From Phoronis australis (taxonomy: Eukaryota > Animalia > Phoronida): a stretch of DNA of 64,000 nucleotides. This document shows, one piece after another, positions 12,037 through 23,385 of this stretch. The position numbers and the translations under genes were made by a program. Position 1 is the first letter of the stretch. Each line of letters begins with the position of its first letter. The stretch is from NCBI GenBank assembly GCA_002633005.1, contig NMRA01000076.1:1-64000 (forward strand). Direction: 5' to 3'. Below the pieces are notes generated by a model. That model saw only the letters and a list, made by a program, of their open reading frames with translations, did not search any database and was not told the DNA's origin.

Positions 12037-12675
12037 TGTCAAGGAAAACTCATCGGCGGTGTGGTGTTACAGAAGGGCCCGTCTGAACTTCCGGTATTTT
12101 ATCCTACAACTACCTCAATGCCCGGAGATCTTAGTTTCACTGACCAAACGAAATTGATAAGGGCGTCGTATGATTGCTGTATGGCCGTTGGTCTTAAAAA
12201 TGGCGTCTATGACGTCGATATGGCATGGGTAGACGGTGATTTCCCGAAACTGATCGAAATTAATCCGAGACCAGGCGGTCACGGAATCAATGAAATGGCA
12301 ACGTCTGTTTATGATATCAACTTATTTTTCATCAATGCTCTGTTGAAGTGCGAGATTGTCATTTCACCGGAAGACGTTAGTATAGTCCCCAAAGGACACG
12401 TTGTAGCCAAAGTTTTCAACCACAAGCAACACGGACATGTTTTGCTGACGTCGTTGCCAAAGATGATCTCGTCTCAGATAAGCCATCGAGGAATTTCCCT
12501 AATAAACACAGGACGAAGAATGGTGGAAGATTACCTACAAGACAAAATCGCTAGGCCTTCGTATTTTGTGACGATTTTGGTTGTAAGTGCGTATCACGGC
12601 AGAAGCAAGCGAAAAGCAGCTGCACAACTAGACATGTTTTTGAAGGAGACCTGCCAACTGGAGATGATAACGTAA
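12037..12675 (+). CDS. Second copy (probable allele) of ATP-grasp exon 4, 5' end lost in an N gap
   Basis: Colinear with 7922-8560 at an offset of 4115. The frame is open, with 8 amino-acid differences. It begins immediately after the gap at 11576-12036. Confidence 0.8.
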   Translation, partial: CQGKLIGGVVLQKGPSELPVFYPTTTSMPGDLSFTDQTKLIRASYDCCMAVGLKNGVYDVDMAWVDGDFPKLIEINPRPGGHGINEMATSVYDINLFFINALLKCEIVISPEDVSIVPKGHVVAKVFNHKQHGHVLLTSLPKMISSQISHRGISLINTGRRMVEDYLQDKIARPSYFVTILVVSAYHGRSKRKAAAQLDMFLKETCQLEMIT

Positions 12676-14704
12676 ATGCTACGCTCAAATTTTAAGTGCA
12701 CTCCTGTCGAGTGTATGCTTCATCTGCTGCTGGACCCATTGGCAGACAGAACCGAATAAAAGTTGAAAAAGCCATAACATAGATCCCCATTAAATCTTGG
12801 AATCTCTGACCAGACTTCTTCCTGACTTCTAAATATAACTGGTAATATTAGTTTACGTCACGGCCTAAATTCCTACGTTTTATTCTAATAACTGGAAAGC
12901 GTTTTAATTGTTTTTAAAGTCTTGTCACGCTGCGATAGTTTGGTCTCAGTTCAGCCAAATCGCATACTCAAACTGAAATAAATGACGTTTGCAGCGGTGA
13001 GCTGAAGCAATCCGTGAACTTCACTCGGTTCATGGTTTTGTCACGTGTAATTGGGAACGCCCCAACTCGGGGCATTAAAAACTCAGAAACAAAAGGCCAA
13101 CCCCAAAACATGAACCAAGACAGCGGTTTTCAAAGATACTGCTGCATGGGGTTTAAGTCGTGAACATTCGTTCTGCTGGAAGAAGCGAAGGGTTTGTAAA
13201 GCAGTACTTTTCTGGGCGTAGAAGTGCTTATTCTGCGCGTGGAAATGCTTATTTGGAGTTCTACGCGTGCTCCTGTCTGTTCTTGTATGTAGTCATATTA
13301 TCTAAGCAACATTTTGTTACAAGATATTCTTGCCTATTTCTATCAAGTGAATATGTTACTGAACGCACTATTGACTTAATGAGAGGATGGGTAAGTTATA
13401 ACGTATAACATACGAAATGGGTTAATTAATTTTGACTTTTTACTCGGATGGTATTCATTCAACTTGCGCCGTAAGTTGTCGAATTGCAATGGATTGTGGT
13501 CAAAAGAGTTGGACCTTAGTCGCAGTTTTGTGCGCCGAAAAGTTGTCGGATTTTGACATCGTTCTGTTTATTTTGAAAACTGCATATGCATTTGATGCTG
13601 AAGGTTATTGGTCAGTTTCGGTGTTACTTTTGCGGGTTTGCTCATACGTGTTTTGGATGGATAGTAGGACATTGAATTACGTAATCCGGGTTTTTGGTGT
13701 TTTTTGAAGTAAATACGTTTGAATGGACATATATTTTCGTTATTTATCGTAACTTGAACTTCCGTAAAGCTGCACGCGCTTGTATAGGCCTACACAACCT
13801 TGTTCGTGAACACACTCTCGCTTTCATCCAGTCAAGGGCGTGACGACATACATTGTAAGTAGTGTTTGTCAGTTCATCGCTAGTCAACAATGAGGAAATG
13901 CATAGGCTTATTTGAACTTGGCAGTTCGGGGGGCATATGGCATATCTTTGAGGGAAAATTCCATCCCCGCCAATCCCCCTCGCCTACCCGCCGCCAATAT
14001 AGACCTACCGCCAAGTCGCCCCACTTTCGCCCCGGGTCTCGCCACCACTTTCGGCATTTCCGTCGATTGCCGCCACATTAACTTTGCGATTGAGGGACGT
14101 CGCAACAGCACTGTATTTGTTGGAACTATCTGTAGCACGATTCACGCAGATTAAAAATCCCGTTTCGCTTTTCACGAAAAAGTCCTACTCCTCCTCCTGA
14201 AAGACTCTCCCTCATCCTGTCAAAAATTGGGGATGTCGTTACCCGCAGTTATCGATTTCATTATTAAATATGTACTCAAAGCGTTAAGTCGCGCTTGCCA
14301 ATTTTGCACACTTAGCAAACCGAAACATTAAGTGTTATTGAGCCGGGTCAAAGTGCTTTATTTTGTTCCAGAGATTTTGCAACCTAGTCATTGGGTGGCT
14401 AAACGAGAGTTTATAGCACCCATTTAATCACAAGTTATGCTGTCTCAATAAGATTATCAAATGACGGTTGATTAATAAAGCAACAAATCGTCTTTCACTG
14501 ACATCACCAGTGTAGTCCAGTGTAGTTACATGTATACAGGTGTAGTGAACTTACAGAGAAAATGACCAAAAGCCAATCAGAGTAATTTAGTAGATAAGTC
14601 AGGACGAATGGGGGCGTTCCCCAATCATTTCATTTTACTCAACCGCAGACGATATGTTGACAATGCGCAAAATTCAACGATCCATGAAGTTTTAAAGCAG
14701 AATG

Positions 14705-14958
14705 CATGCGCGCATCCAGCCTTTACTATGGGGGGCTCGAATTCCCGACGATGTGGACCTTTTACCGACAAAAGCAGCCGAAGAACTAAAAAAACGGGGT
14801 ACCACGTCCAGAGCTGCAAATTGTGCGTTTGGGCCTTTTTAGTGGACTTTTTGTAGCGTTTTTTCGGACTTTTTGTTTCTCTGATGCGGACCTTATTGTC
14901 CACTTCGCCAAATGGGGCTCGAACGAGCCCCCCGAGCCCCCCCCCCTCTGCGCGCATG
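14705..14958 (-). mobile_element. Dispersed ~230-270-bp MITE family with CATGCGCGCACCCAG-type TIRs
   Basis: Related copies lie at ~6580-6847, 10263-10486, 11394-11575, 15360-15583 and 16491-16734. They share GGCAAAAAGGTCCGCCTCAGAGAAACAAAAA and AAAAGGTCCACA...AAATTCGAGCCC cores. Confidence 0.7.
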
Positions 14959-16954
14959 GAATGTTGCAGGGGCACAAGGCAGGTATGCACCATATAGGGA
15001 TGTCATAGCCCTTGGTCTAAGAAATGCACCACATTTACTCATTGGTGTAGACTGAGAGCGTGAACTTCTTGAAAATTACGTAGAAATCCGCCGACATGAT
15101 CTGGAGAGGCTTCGCTAAGTTATAAATGTGATGAACTGGCCCTCATACACCTTCTTGTGTAATCATAAAGAGACCTAGAAAACCTCCGTAAACCAAATTC
15201 GTACAACTCTAGTACCCAAAACTTTATTGTGTCAAAGCTTCTCCTCGTGACCGTAGTTCGTTTTTGAGTTACAACATGGTTAAGGTAGCGCTGCCTACAG
15301 CCAAAATGTGAAAAATTGGACATCTTTCCATTTTCCACTGTAGCCAACGAGAAAATTTGCATGCACGCACCCTCTGGCGAAGTGTGAAAAACGGTCCGCC
15401 TAAGAGAAACAAAAACTCAGAAAAATGTAGAAAACGAGACAAAAGTCCCTTAAAAAGGCAGGAACAACCAAAATTCGGCGAATGCACAATTCACAGCTCT
15501 GAACGTACCCTGTGAATCTTAGTAAAAGGTCCATATTCTCAAAAATTCGAGTCCCCACATTTTTTTGGCTGGGTGCGCGCATGATTCATATTATCAAACC
15601 TCGACATAAAAATTTCGCCATATTTTGCTTATTTCGTCGTGATGTTGATCTATATTTTCGCGTTTAGTCACACGAGTGGAAAAAACAAGAAGACCATTGA
15701 TCTCGTGTAGTGGAAAAGGCTGGTTTTAAATGCCGACTTATGGTAAAAGATCGTCAGATGTTTGCAACTTCTCAATGTTTTTAGAAAATTTAGTTATCCA
15801 AGAGATGGTATAGCATAGTGCAACTGTTTTACTCTGTTGATTATTTGAACTATGACCTTCGTTTTGACGCCCTCCTCGCATTGCTGATTTTTCCCAGAAA
15901 AGCCACAGTAATCGGAGTGGTAATAAGTGACATAGAAGTGCCAAAATATTTCAGTTTCGAAATACTTCATGAAAGCAAGTGAGAGGAATGCTTTGAAAGT
16001 AAATATCCAAAACAAACACTAATAATCAAGGGATTGTGAATCAATAACATACCTTTTTCTCAATGCATTTTGCCGAAAATCACTAGTGGTATCAGAAAAG
16101 AAAAGACAGCTTAGAATTTTTATATCTCGGATGTTGAATGTTTTCACCGGAGGCAGAATATAATGATGTCACCACGGTCATAGCTTTTACCGGCTGCCAC
16201 CACGGGGGTTTCACGCATGCAGTCATCGCCTGCCAGTTGCTGGTAACAGTCAGCTTCATGGGTCCCTGATTTCCGAATAACGGGCGTTTCAATGGGAGTA
16301 ACTAGTTTTGAAATCAGGAATCCATAAAACCTTCCGTTATCCAGTTGCCAAACTTGCTATACACTGTCGTGCCACGGTGTTATCCTGCCTGCTACAAATT
16401 TGTCCGATTTTTGTTACCTAAACGGTATCTGTCCTACTGTTGCCACTCCAGATCACTCTGCTGTAACTGTTCTGCACCCACGCGCTAAACCATGCCCGCA
16501 CCCAGTCTAAAAAATGAGGGCTCGAATTTCTGAGAATGTGGACCCTTTACTAAGATTCGCGGGTTCGTTCAGACCTATGAATTGTGCATTCGCTGAATTT
16601 TGATACTTTCTGCCTTTGAGTGGACTTATGTCTCGTTTTCAATTTTTTAGTAGTTTTTGTTTCTCTGAGGTGGACCTTTTTGGCCCTCTTTGCCAAATGA
16701 AGGGGTTCCTTTGAGCCCCCTGGGTGCGCCCATGAGAGCGGAATAGACATTAGTGCAAATTGTATTTATGGGCATTCTTTGTGTTTCCTTTGCTCCGATG
16801 TCTCGGTATCCCACGACTCATTACGCATAGGATGTACCCGTTTATCCACGAAAATGTCCGCCTGAACTCAATTGTCCACGATATCTATTTACGAATTTTC
16901 CTGTGTCACGTGACCTGGATGTTACACTTGAAAAATCTGAGTATGGGTTTGTGA

Positions 16955-17505
16955 CTCGCTGGTTCCCTACGTGCCTAGCAAGCACGCAGGTATCACGCAG
17001 TAGCACACGCTTTAGCATTGGTTGATGTAACCTCGGCAGTCATTGGTTTGGTTCACAACAACGTGAAAAAATGAACGATTTTTAGCCTTGTCATGCAAGT
17101 GTCATAGCAGTAAAGCTCTAGTACTTCGTTTCTGCAGTAATGTTTAATAGCCGCGTGCTTGAAGCACATGCATGTACAATAAACACATATCTGACCGATT
17201 TAACCAGTGTGTTATTCATACTGTATGAATACAGGACAGTATCGTAAACAAAAGCCAGGCGACAGAAGAAAGATGCACTCCGAAAAGGCTGGTTTCACAT
17301 TTCCTGAACATAAATTTTAAGCACCGATTTGTCTGTACAGCAGACTTGCTCCATCAGTCATGCTAGTTTGTTTGCGTAAAGCGCTGCCTGTTGAGAATTT
17401 GACCAGCCAAACAGAAACGCCGGTGAAAAAAACTTCCTGAGGAAACTTAAGTGATACCTACGTGCTGGCTATCACTGACCTAGCGGCACGTAGGTAAAAA
17501 GCGAG
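16955..17505. mobile_element. MULE(Mutator)-like MITE inserted in the copy-B promoter
   Basis: A 10-bp direct repeat GGGTTTGTGA lies at 16945-16954 and 17506-17515. The imperfect terminal inverted repeat (TIR) is CTCGCTggTTcCCTACGTGCC / GGCACGTAGGtAAaaAGCGAG (18/21). The copy-C promoter shows the empty site. Superfamily is inferred from TSD length only. Confidence 0.75.
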
Positions 17506-17576
17506 GGGTTTGTGACTGCGTTAACTTATTAACAACGGCCACGAATAAATGCTACCTATCGCGCCTAACAAACACG

Positions 17577-17891
17577 ATGTCTCAGCAGCTCGCAAAGTCG
17601 CATCTAGTGAAAGGTAAAAGGATTTTATACATAGGACACAAGCTATTCCTCACCAAATTGGAAGATGTTGAAACATCTTGCTGGGCGTATTTGAAAGCTT
17701 GTGGCGCGGAGGCGATTTACGTGGTGTTGGAATCGAGCAAAGAAAACGCATTGTGGGCTAACCGTTTGTTTGAGTCTGGTTTGATAGACGACTTTAATGT
17801 CGATGGTTTAGTTCAAGAAATCGGTGATGATCGATCCAAAAAAGACACTGTTGACGCTGTTATAGGATGGCTTAATGCAAAGAAAATCAAG
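17577..17891 (+). CDS. ATP-grasp ligase copy B, exon 1 (N-terminal domain, MSQQL...KGKRILYIGH...KKIK)
   Basis: ATG at 17577, 105 codons, donor aag|GTgagt at 17892. It is 91/105 identical to exon 1 of copy C, and similarity ends at the donor. Assignment to this gene rests on exon order and phase compatibility with exon 2. Confidence 0.8.
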
Positions 17892-20487
17892 GTGAGTAAA
17901 ATTTACAATTCCTTCGCTCCTTATTTTATCTAATTATACCACTTCGGATAGCCACACGCCATATCCCACGGACATTAGTTAAATATAGTGGTCCCGGGTT
18001 TGGCATAATCCTACAAGTTGGTTTGTCATGGCTTGTCATTATTGAATGCGCAGACTATAGCCTCAAACAGTAACAAACTGCCAGCTCTTTACAAACCGAG
18101 AAATCACAGCTCCTGTGAGAAAGGAACTAGTTTATTGCGTCAACGTCACTAGCAGACAGCGTTCGAAATAAACGATGTCCCGGTCATGCGGGGCTAGCGG
18201 ATTTGGGGCCGAGCCAGTAATTTAAGTTAACTTTGCACGTGGGCTAGTATATTTTCAGACTAACTGGCCCGGCGGTCCAGCACATTTATTTGCTGAAGTT
18301 CAAACACTGCTGACAGACTTTATGTGTCCTCTCTGTTTGCGAAAATACCTCATGGCTTCGGTGATAGAACGGAAAATGTAATATTTCCGAAAATACCTGT
18401 GACTTACTTTCACAAATTTCCGAAGGAATTTCCCTCAGGGAGAAATAGTGTTGAAAAAAACGGTCAGTCATAATTTTAAAAAATTCCAGGGCGTTTTCCG
18501 CCTCTCATTGTGGGACGGATCTGCAGACCGTCGAATCTTATGACGTAAAAACTGCTTGTTGTTTTTGGGGGGTTTTGAGAGTGGAAAATTGTATGGGCCA
18601 ACTCTGGGAATAGCCCGGAAGTGGACTTCACTCCAAAAAGTTTTAATACAGAATATTTTGAGGTACTGTACCTATCCATATTCAATCCAAATTAGAACGC
18701 TTTAACCTCCACTGGCGCATCAAACGTGCCGCAAAAGTGAAAGACCAAAACATTCCAAGGATAGCGTTCGTACAAGCCCTAAAAAGGGCGGCGTTTTTGG
18801 TCGTGTTTGAAGTGAAGTTTTGTCGCCTGCACTCTGTAAACCCTCTTACGATTTTAAGACAGTGGCGCCCTTTTATTGTTTGGGCACAAAGCTCTCAGTA
18901 AACACGGGCCCCTCCGGTGTACAAAAGCAATGAAGCTGATCATTTTGCCTTGACGTTATAAGTATAAAAAAACAGTCCCCACTCCTCTGTCACAACGTTT
19001 GAATGGAAACGTATTTCAGTTGCTTTTGTAAGTAACAATAGCCCAACTTACGTTCTACTCTTTAGTAGTTTTATACTAAGGTCGCGCACAGGTTAAAATC
19101 AGTTGAAGCGTTCTACGCTTGTCATGAAGCGAGATTTATTGACATGATTTTTTAATTGGTGTACTCCACACGACCTTGTTATATATCATGAAAAGCATAC
19201 GCTGACACCTAACCAGTCGAGGTTGGGCATCTCGACCGGTTTGCACACCACACAATCTGCCGATTCAGATCGAAGACACCGTGGTGTTGTGATTAATTAA
19301 GTCGCCTCAGGCTGCTGATATCGTTTTCTAGATAATGAGAACATCATGAACACATTGGGGGTGGCAGCAGTACTTTTAAATTTTCGTTTCGAAAGTTTGT
19401 AAATAGCATATTTGAATAGTTCATGAAAAGCACACGTGATTAGGTTTTTGAATTTTTAAAATTGGACAATATATGTGACTTTTACAACCTAAAACGTTTG
19501 TTTCCTGTTGCAATAATATGCTCCTTGTCAATTCTGCTGGGTGTGAACATAATTGGGTAAATTACCAAACCAACAGGCAGCAGTTGGATTTTGAGGTAAG
19601 CCAGCTAAGTGCAATCGTACCATTCCTGGAATGTATGAATATGTAAATAATAAATAACTGCAATACGAGATGTACAGAAGACTTGTCAAAAAGCAAAACA
19701 AAAACATGGATTTTTTCCCGAACGTGTTTAGCTCCCTCTTCTATAAAATTGTGAGCTATTAATTTCGAAATAGCTTAACTTCGGACGCTAAGTTGCCGAG
19801 AAGTACGCTTGAGCTTTCACGTGCTATTGTAATATAATCTCTAAGTTAAACTTTTTATTCGATTGCATAGTACAACCAAACAACGGTGAGAAGTGTTCGG
19901 CGATAAACCTATAAAAATATGCAATGACGATCGCATGTCCAATTTTGTTTAGATTTACCACTGATTGGAGAGAAGTCGTGTGCGACGTTTTGAGGACCAC
20001 TGTCTACGTACGTGTTCAAGGTTGTCATACACGAAAAATCAGTACATGTATGCTTATAAGCTCTAAAGTCACTGCTCATTTCGACTCATCATTTGTCTCT
20101 TACTAACATTGCCACAATGGGTTTGATCAGTGATCAATTCGACATTGACCGCAGCCATTATATAGTGTTGGAATTGGCAACATTTTTAATTCTAAAACAT
20201 GTGCCCAATGAATAAATTTGATAAGTTGCATGGCCGAGGGAAGACTTGAAAGCATATGAACTTGGTGCTGATGGATTATGCAAGAGATGCATATTAAATA
20301 AGCATACTTTTCATTTATCGAGTGATATAAAGCACGCATAGCTCTTGGTTTGACTGCAAAGGTTCTTCAAGTCAAGAATGAATTTATTGGGTGATTTAGT
20401 TAAGGCTAGTTCGCGCAAACACTCTTTTCCGGGTTAATGGTCACTCCTCCATCTATTTTCGAGCGAGTTTGAGCAAAGGATTGCAGA

Positions 20488-20547
20488 ATGGTACCATACT
20501 CTAGATCACGTGATCTAGAATATGGTACCATACTCTAGATCATGTGA
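20488..20547. repeat. 44-bp near-perfect palindrome embedded in a 34-bp tandem repeat
   Basis: ATGGTACCATACTCTAGATCAC|GTGATCTAGAATATGGTACCAT (21/22 pairs), followed by ACTCTAGATCATGTGA. Confidence 0.9.
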
Positions 20548-21113
20548 GTGCGATTCTGTGAGAGCTCAATTCAAGATGGGTTTGTAATTAGTTTTGCAAA
20601 TGTGACTAGTCAGCTCGGTGTATATTGGACTTATTGTAAATATGTTCTTGTGGTGAAATAAACACATATTCATAAACATATATGGAAATGAGTCAAGATA
20701 TTACTATTCTCTTAATTTAGGCCATTAACAGGACCGTTAAAATAGATTAAGTTTTTCATAGACGTCTCCGGACTGCTCTTTTTGAACTCAGACTCGGACG
20801 AGAAACTTGACCAATCCCGGCTGCACTGAGGATTCTACTACAAATGTGTAAGTTTAGTGGAAAGGTGTTACGCAATTGGTCGATTTTCTAGTCGATAACA
20901 TTCCACGGAGATTAGACGTACCAGGGGCACAGATAGTCGTGAACGTAGCTGGATTAACATTATTCCCAGATTAAATTTCACCGTCTCAAAACGGGCATTA
21001 TCGCCAAATCAACATATCAGAATTAGACCTGAACTCCCGCGAAACAGATTATGTAAATTTTCAGAGTCGATGTACTTTTTGATTGATATAATCAGTTGTT
21101 TACCTTATGCCAG

Positions 21114-21167
21114 GTGGACGTTTGTCTGAGTGCAAGTGACTATCTGAAACTGATCAGATCCTCCTAA
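21114..21167 (+). pseudogene. Truncated exon 2 of copy B
   Basis: Intact acceptor ttatgccAG, then 14 codons (VDVCLSASDYLKLI, 21114-21155) matching exon 2. The sequence then switches abruptly to a MITE fragment with an in-frame TAA at 21165-21167. No exon 3 or 4 is seen before copy C. Confidence 0.8.
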
Positions 21168-23385
21168 AATTCTCCCTGATTCCATTTGGCAGTTCAGGGT
21201 TGCGAATATCTGACGGGCAAAATCACGGCTAACAATCTGCCCCGACACGCCCCGCCCCGCCCCCCTNNNNNNNNNNNNNNNNNTAACTCAAAATCCTGGA
21301 TCCGACCCTGAATGAACACTCCTATCCGCTACTACATTCCTTGACTCTAACCCTGGAATGCCAACTTCGATCTCGCGCTAGTCGAGGTTACGCCGAGCAT
21401 GCGTGGCACTTGCTTGCACTCATTTGTTCCGGTGTTAGTTATTCCTATAGAATTTACTGCCAGTAAAACTTTTCGCAGCTCCGCCGAAAAATAACAGGAT
21501 GTAATAGTAACATGAACAAGGAAATGAACCAGAGACGTATAAATGACTAATTAAACCAGTAGAGAAATAATTTCAATGGTTTAAAAGATGTCTACCCTAT
21601 CAAGACAAAGACTTAAGAATATGGATCCCTCACAGTTTCTGAGAAGAATTTAGTCACTCATTCATTTAAAATTATCCATCTTTATATATTAATTGGACCT
21701 TTGGTGCCGTTTGATACAGTTCATCAGTAAAAATTCAGGATGACATTTGCAAAAAAACGTGATAAACAAATTACTCCAACTACCTATCCGAACTTGGCAG
21801 ATCAGATAAAAACTTTCTGATGGAAATATGAGCAAACGTCTATTGTAAAGATTTGAAATTTACTGTGGATTGATCAATACATAGGCTGCAGTGTAGGAAT
21901 TTCCATAGTTGTTTGTAAATTGACTAATTTCTTCTGAAAGTAAAAATTAGTGGTCCCCTTTACATGTATAGTGTGTTACCATAAGAGACATTGGAACACA
22001 TTTTTACGATTGTTATCTTACTAAAGAAATGGGACTGGAAAATAACAATATTCATGACAAAAAGACAAATGAACACCTGCTCTATAGTTGTCAACGTTCA
22101 AGAGTGATAAAGTGGGACAAATGTATCGAAAACCAGGATTTCCTGACACAAAGCGGGACATCAGGTTCTATGCCAAAACGCAAGGGTGAAATGTTCGCCA
22201 CAACACACAAAAGTGTCCCGACAGCGTTTTTTGTGGAACGAGAGATGTTGCACCCAAAAGCGCTGGACGCCTTGTTGAAAATATCCTACAGTGTAGTTTT
22301 GATAGGTTGTCAAAAATGGTTCTGAAACTGGAGATGAAACGATATCAGAGGCCAGTCGGACTAATCCCGGTATCCAAGGGCCACGGCAGTAGATTGCACT
22401 TGGAGATGCTGTGGTAAAAGTGAATGGTTATGGCCATATTAGAGAATTCATGGACTATCCACTCTACAGCACGTTATCCAAAAATCAAGTCAAGGTGAAA
22501 GCAGGCGATCCTGTGATTGAGTAGCAAGTAATTTCCGCACAGCAAAGGCAGTGTGGAAGCAGTCAGAGGGATGTATTGCCATCTTCAACTGGCCAGTGAA
22601 GGCAGACGCCGTAATTCCAAAGATCGAAGCATGTTTCTAGAAGTAATACAATTATTGGAAAGCCCTACTGTCATCAGAATCTTTCGCGTGCTGGAAGATC
22701 TGTCAAACATCGAAATGAATCGGATAGTGGCAGAACCTCACTCTTATTGGAAACCACCTCCAGCTTGTTGTTTGTTGATGTCATTGGTCCCCTGCTTTCT
22801 ATTTTGGACACTAACACAGAGCTGCTGGCAATACTCAATCCAGTTCATGCAGCTTGGAATAGAACACTAACAGACGACGAAGTTTGTGGAGGATTCTTCG
22901 ACCACACAACTAGTACCTCGTCGTCTGCTACTAACTTGAAAACTAAATGCATCGATAAAACCCGTTTGAATGCATCTTTGCGTAAAATGAGCAGTGCAAT
23001 GCACATTGGTTCTGATTCAAAGAAGTAAAGTGCTCGCCAAAAACCGAGATTCCACGTTTTTCGATGCCCGTGTACATGTAACTATACAAACAATATGATT
23101 CATTCAGTCAAGTGCTTTCACAAGTATCATGCTCTAGGTCAAAGCGGAATGTTACCCACTCTAAAACGCCGTTTGTGAACTGACTTATCGCCACGAGTTT
23201 GAGTGACTTCTTAACTGGCTATTTAGAACGCAGCATTATTGACACACCTTCGTTTCCAAGACGCCATTTTACCCGACAAACAACACGTTGCCGGGTAAAA
23301 CTTAATATTTTTTGTTACTCGACATTACGCAAAGGGGCGGAGCTTGCGATGGGTAAATTGATGTCTGAGACGCACAAATAAAGTA

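Larger units (their letters stand above)
7922..16672 (+). repeat. Tandem duplication 7922-11575 vs 12037-16672 (probable uncollapsed haplotypes)
   Basis: 7922-9808 matches 12037-13967 with SNPs and indels. 9810-11575 appears identical to 14907-16672 (offset 5097, identical ORF translations). The breakpoints coincide with the N at 9809 and the gap at 11576-12036. Confidence 0.85.
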
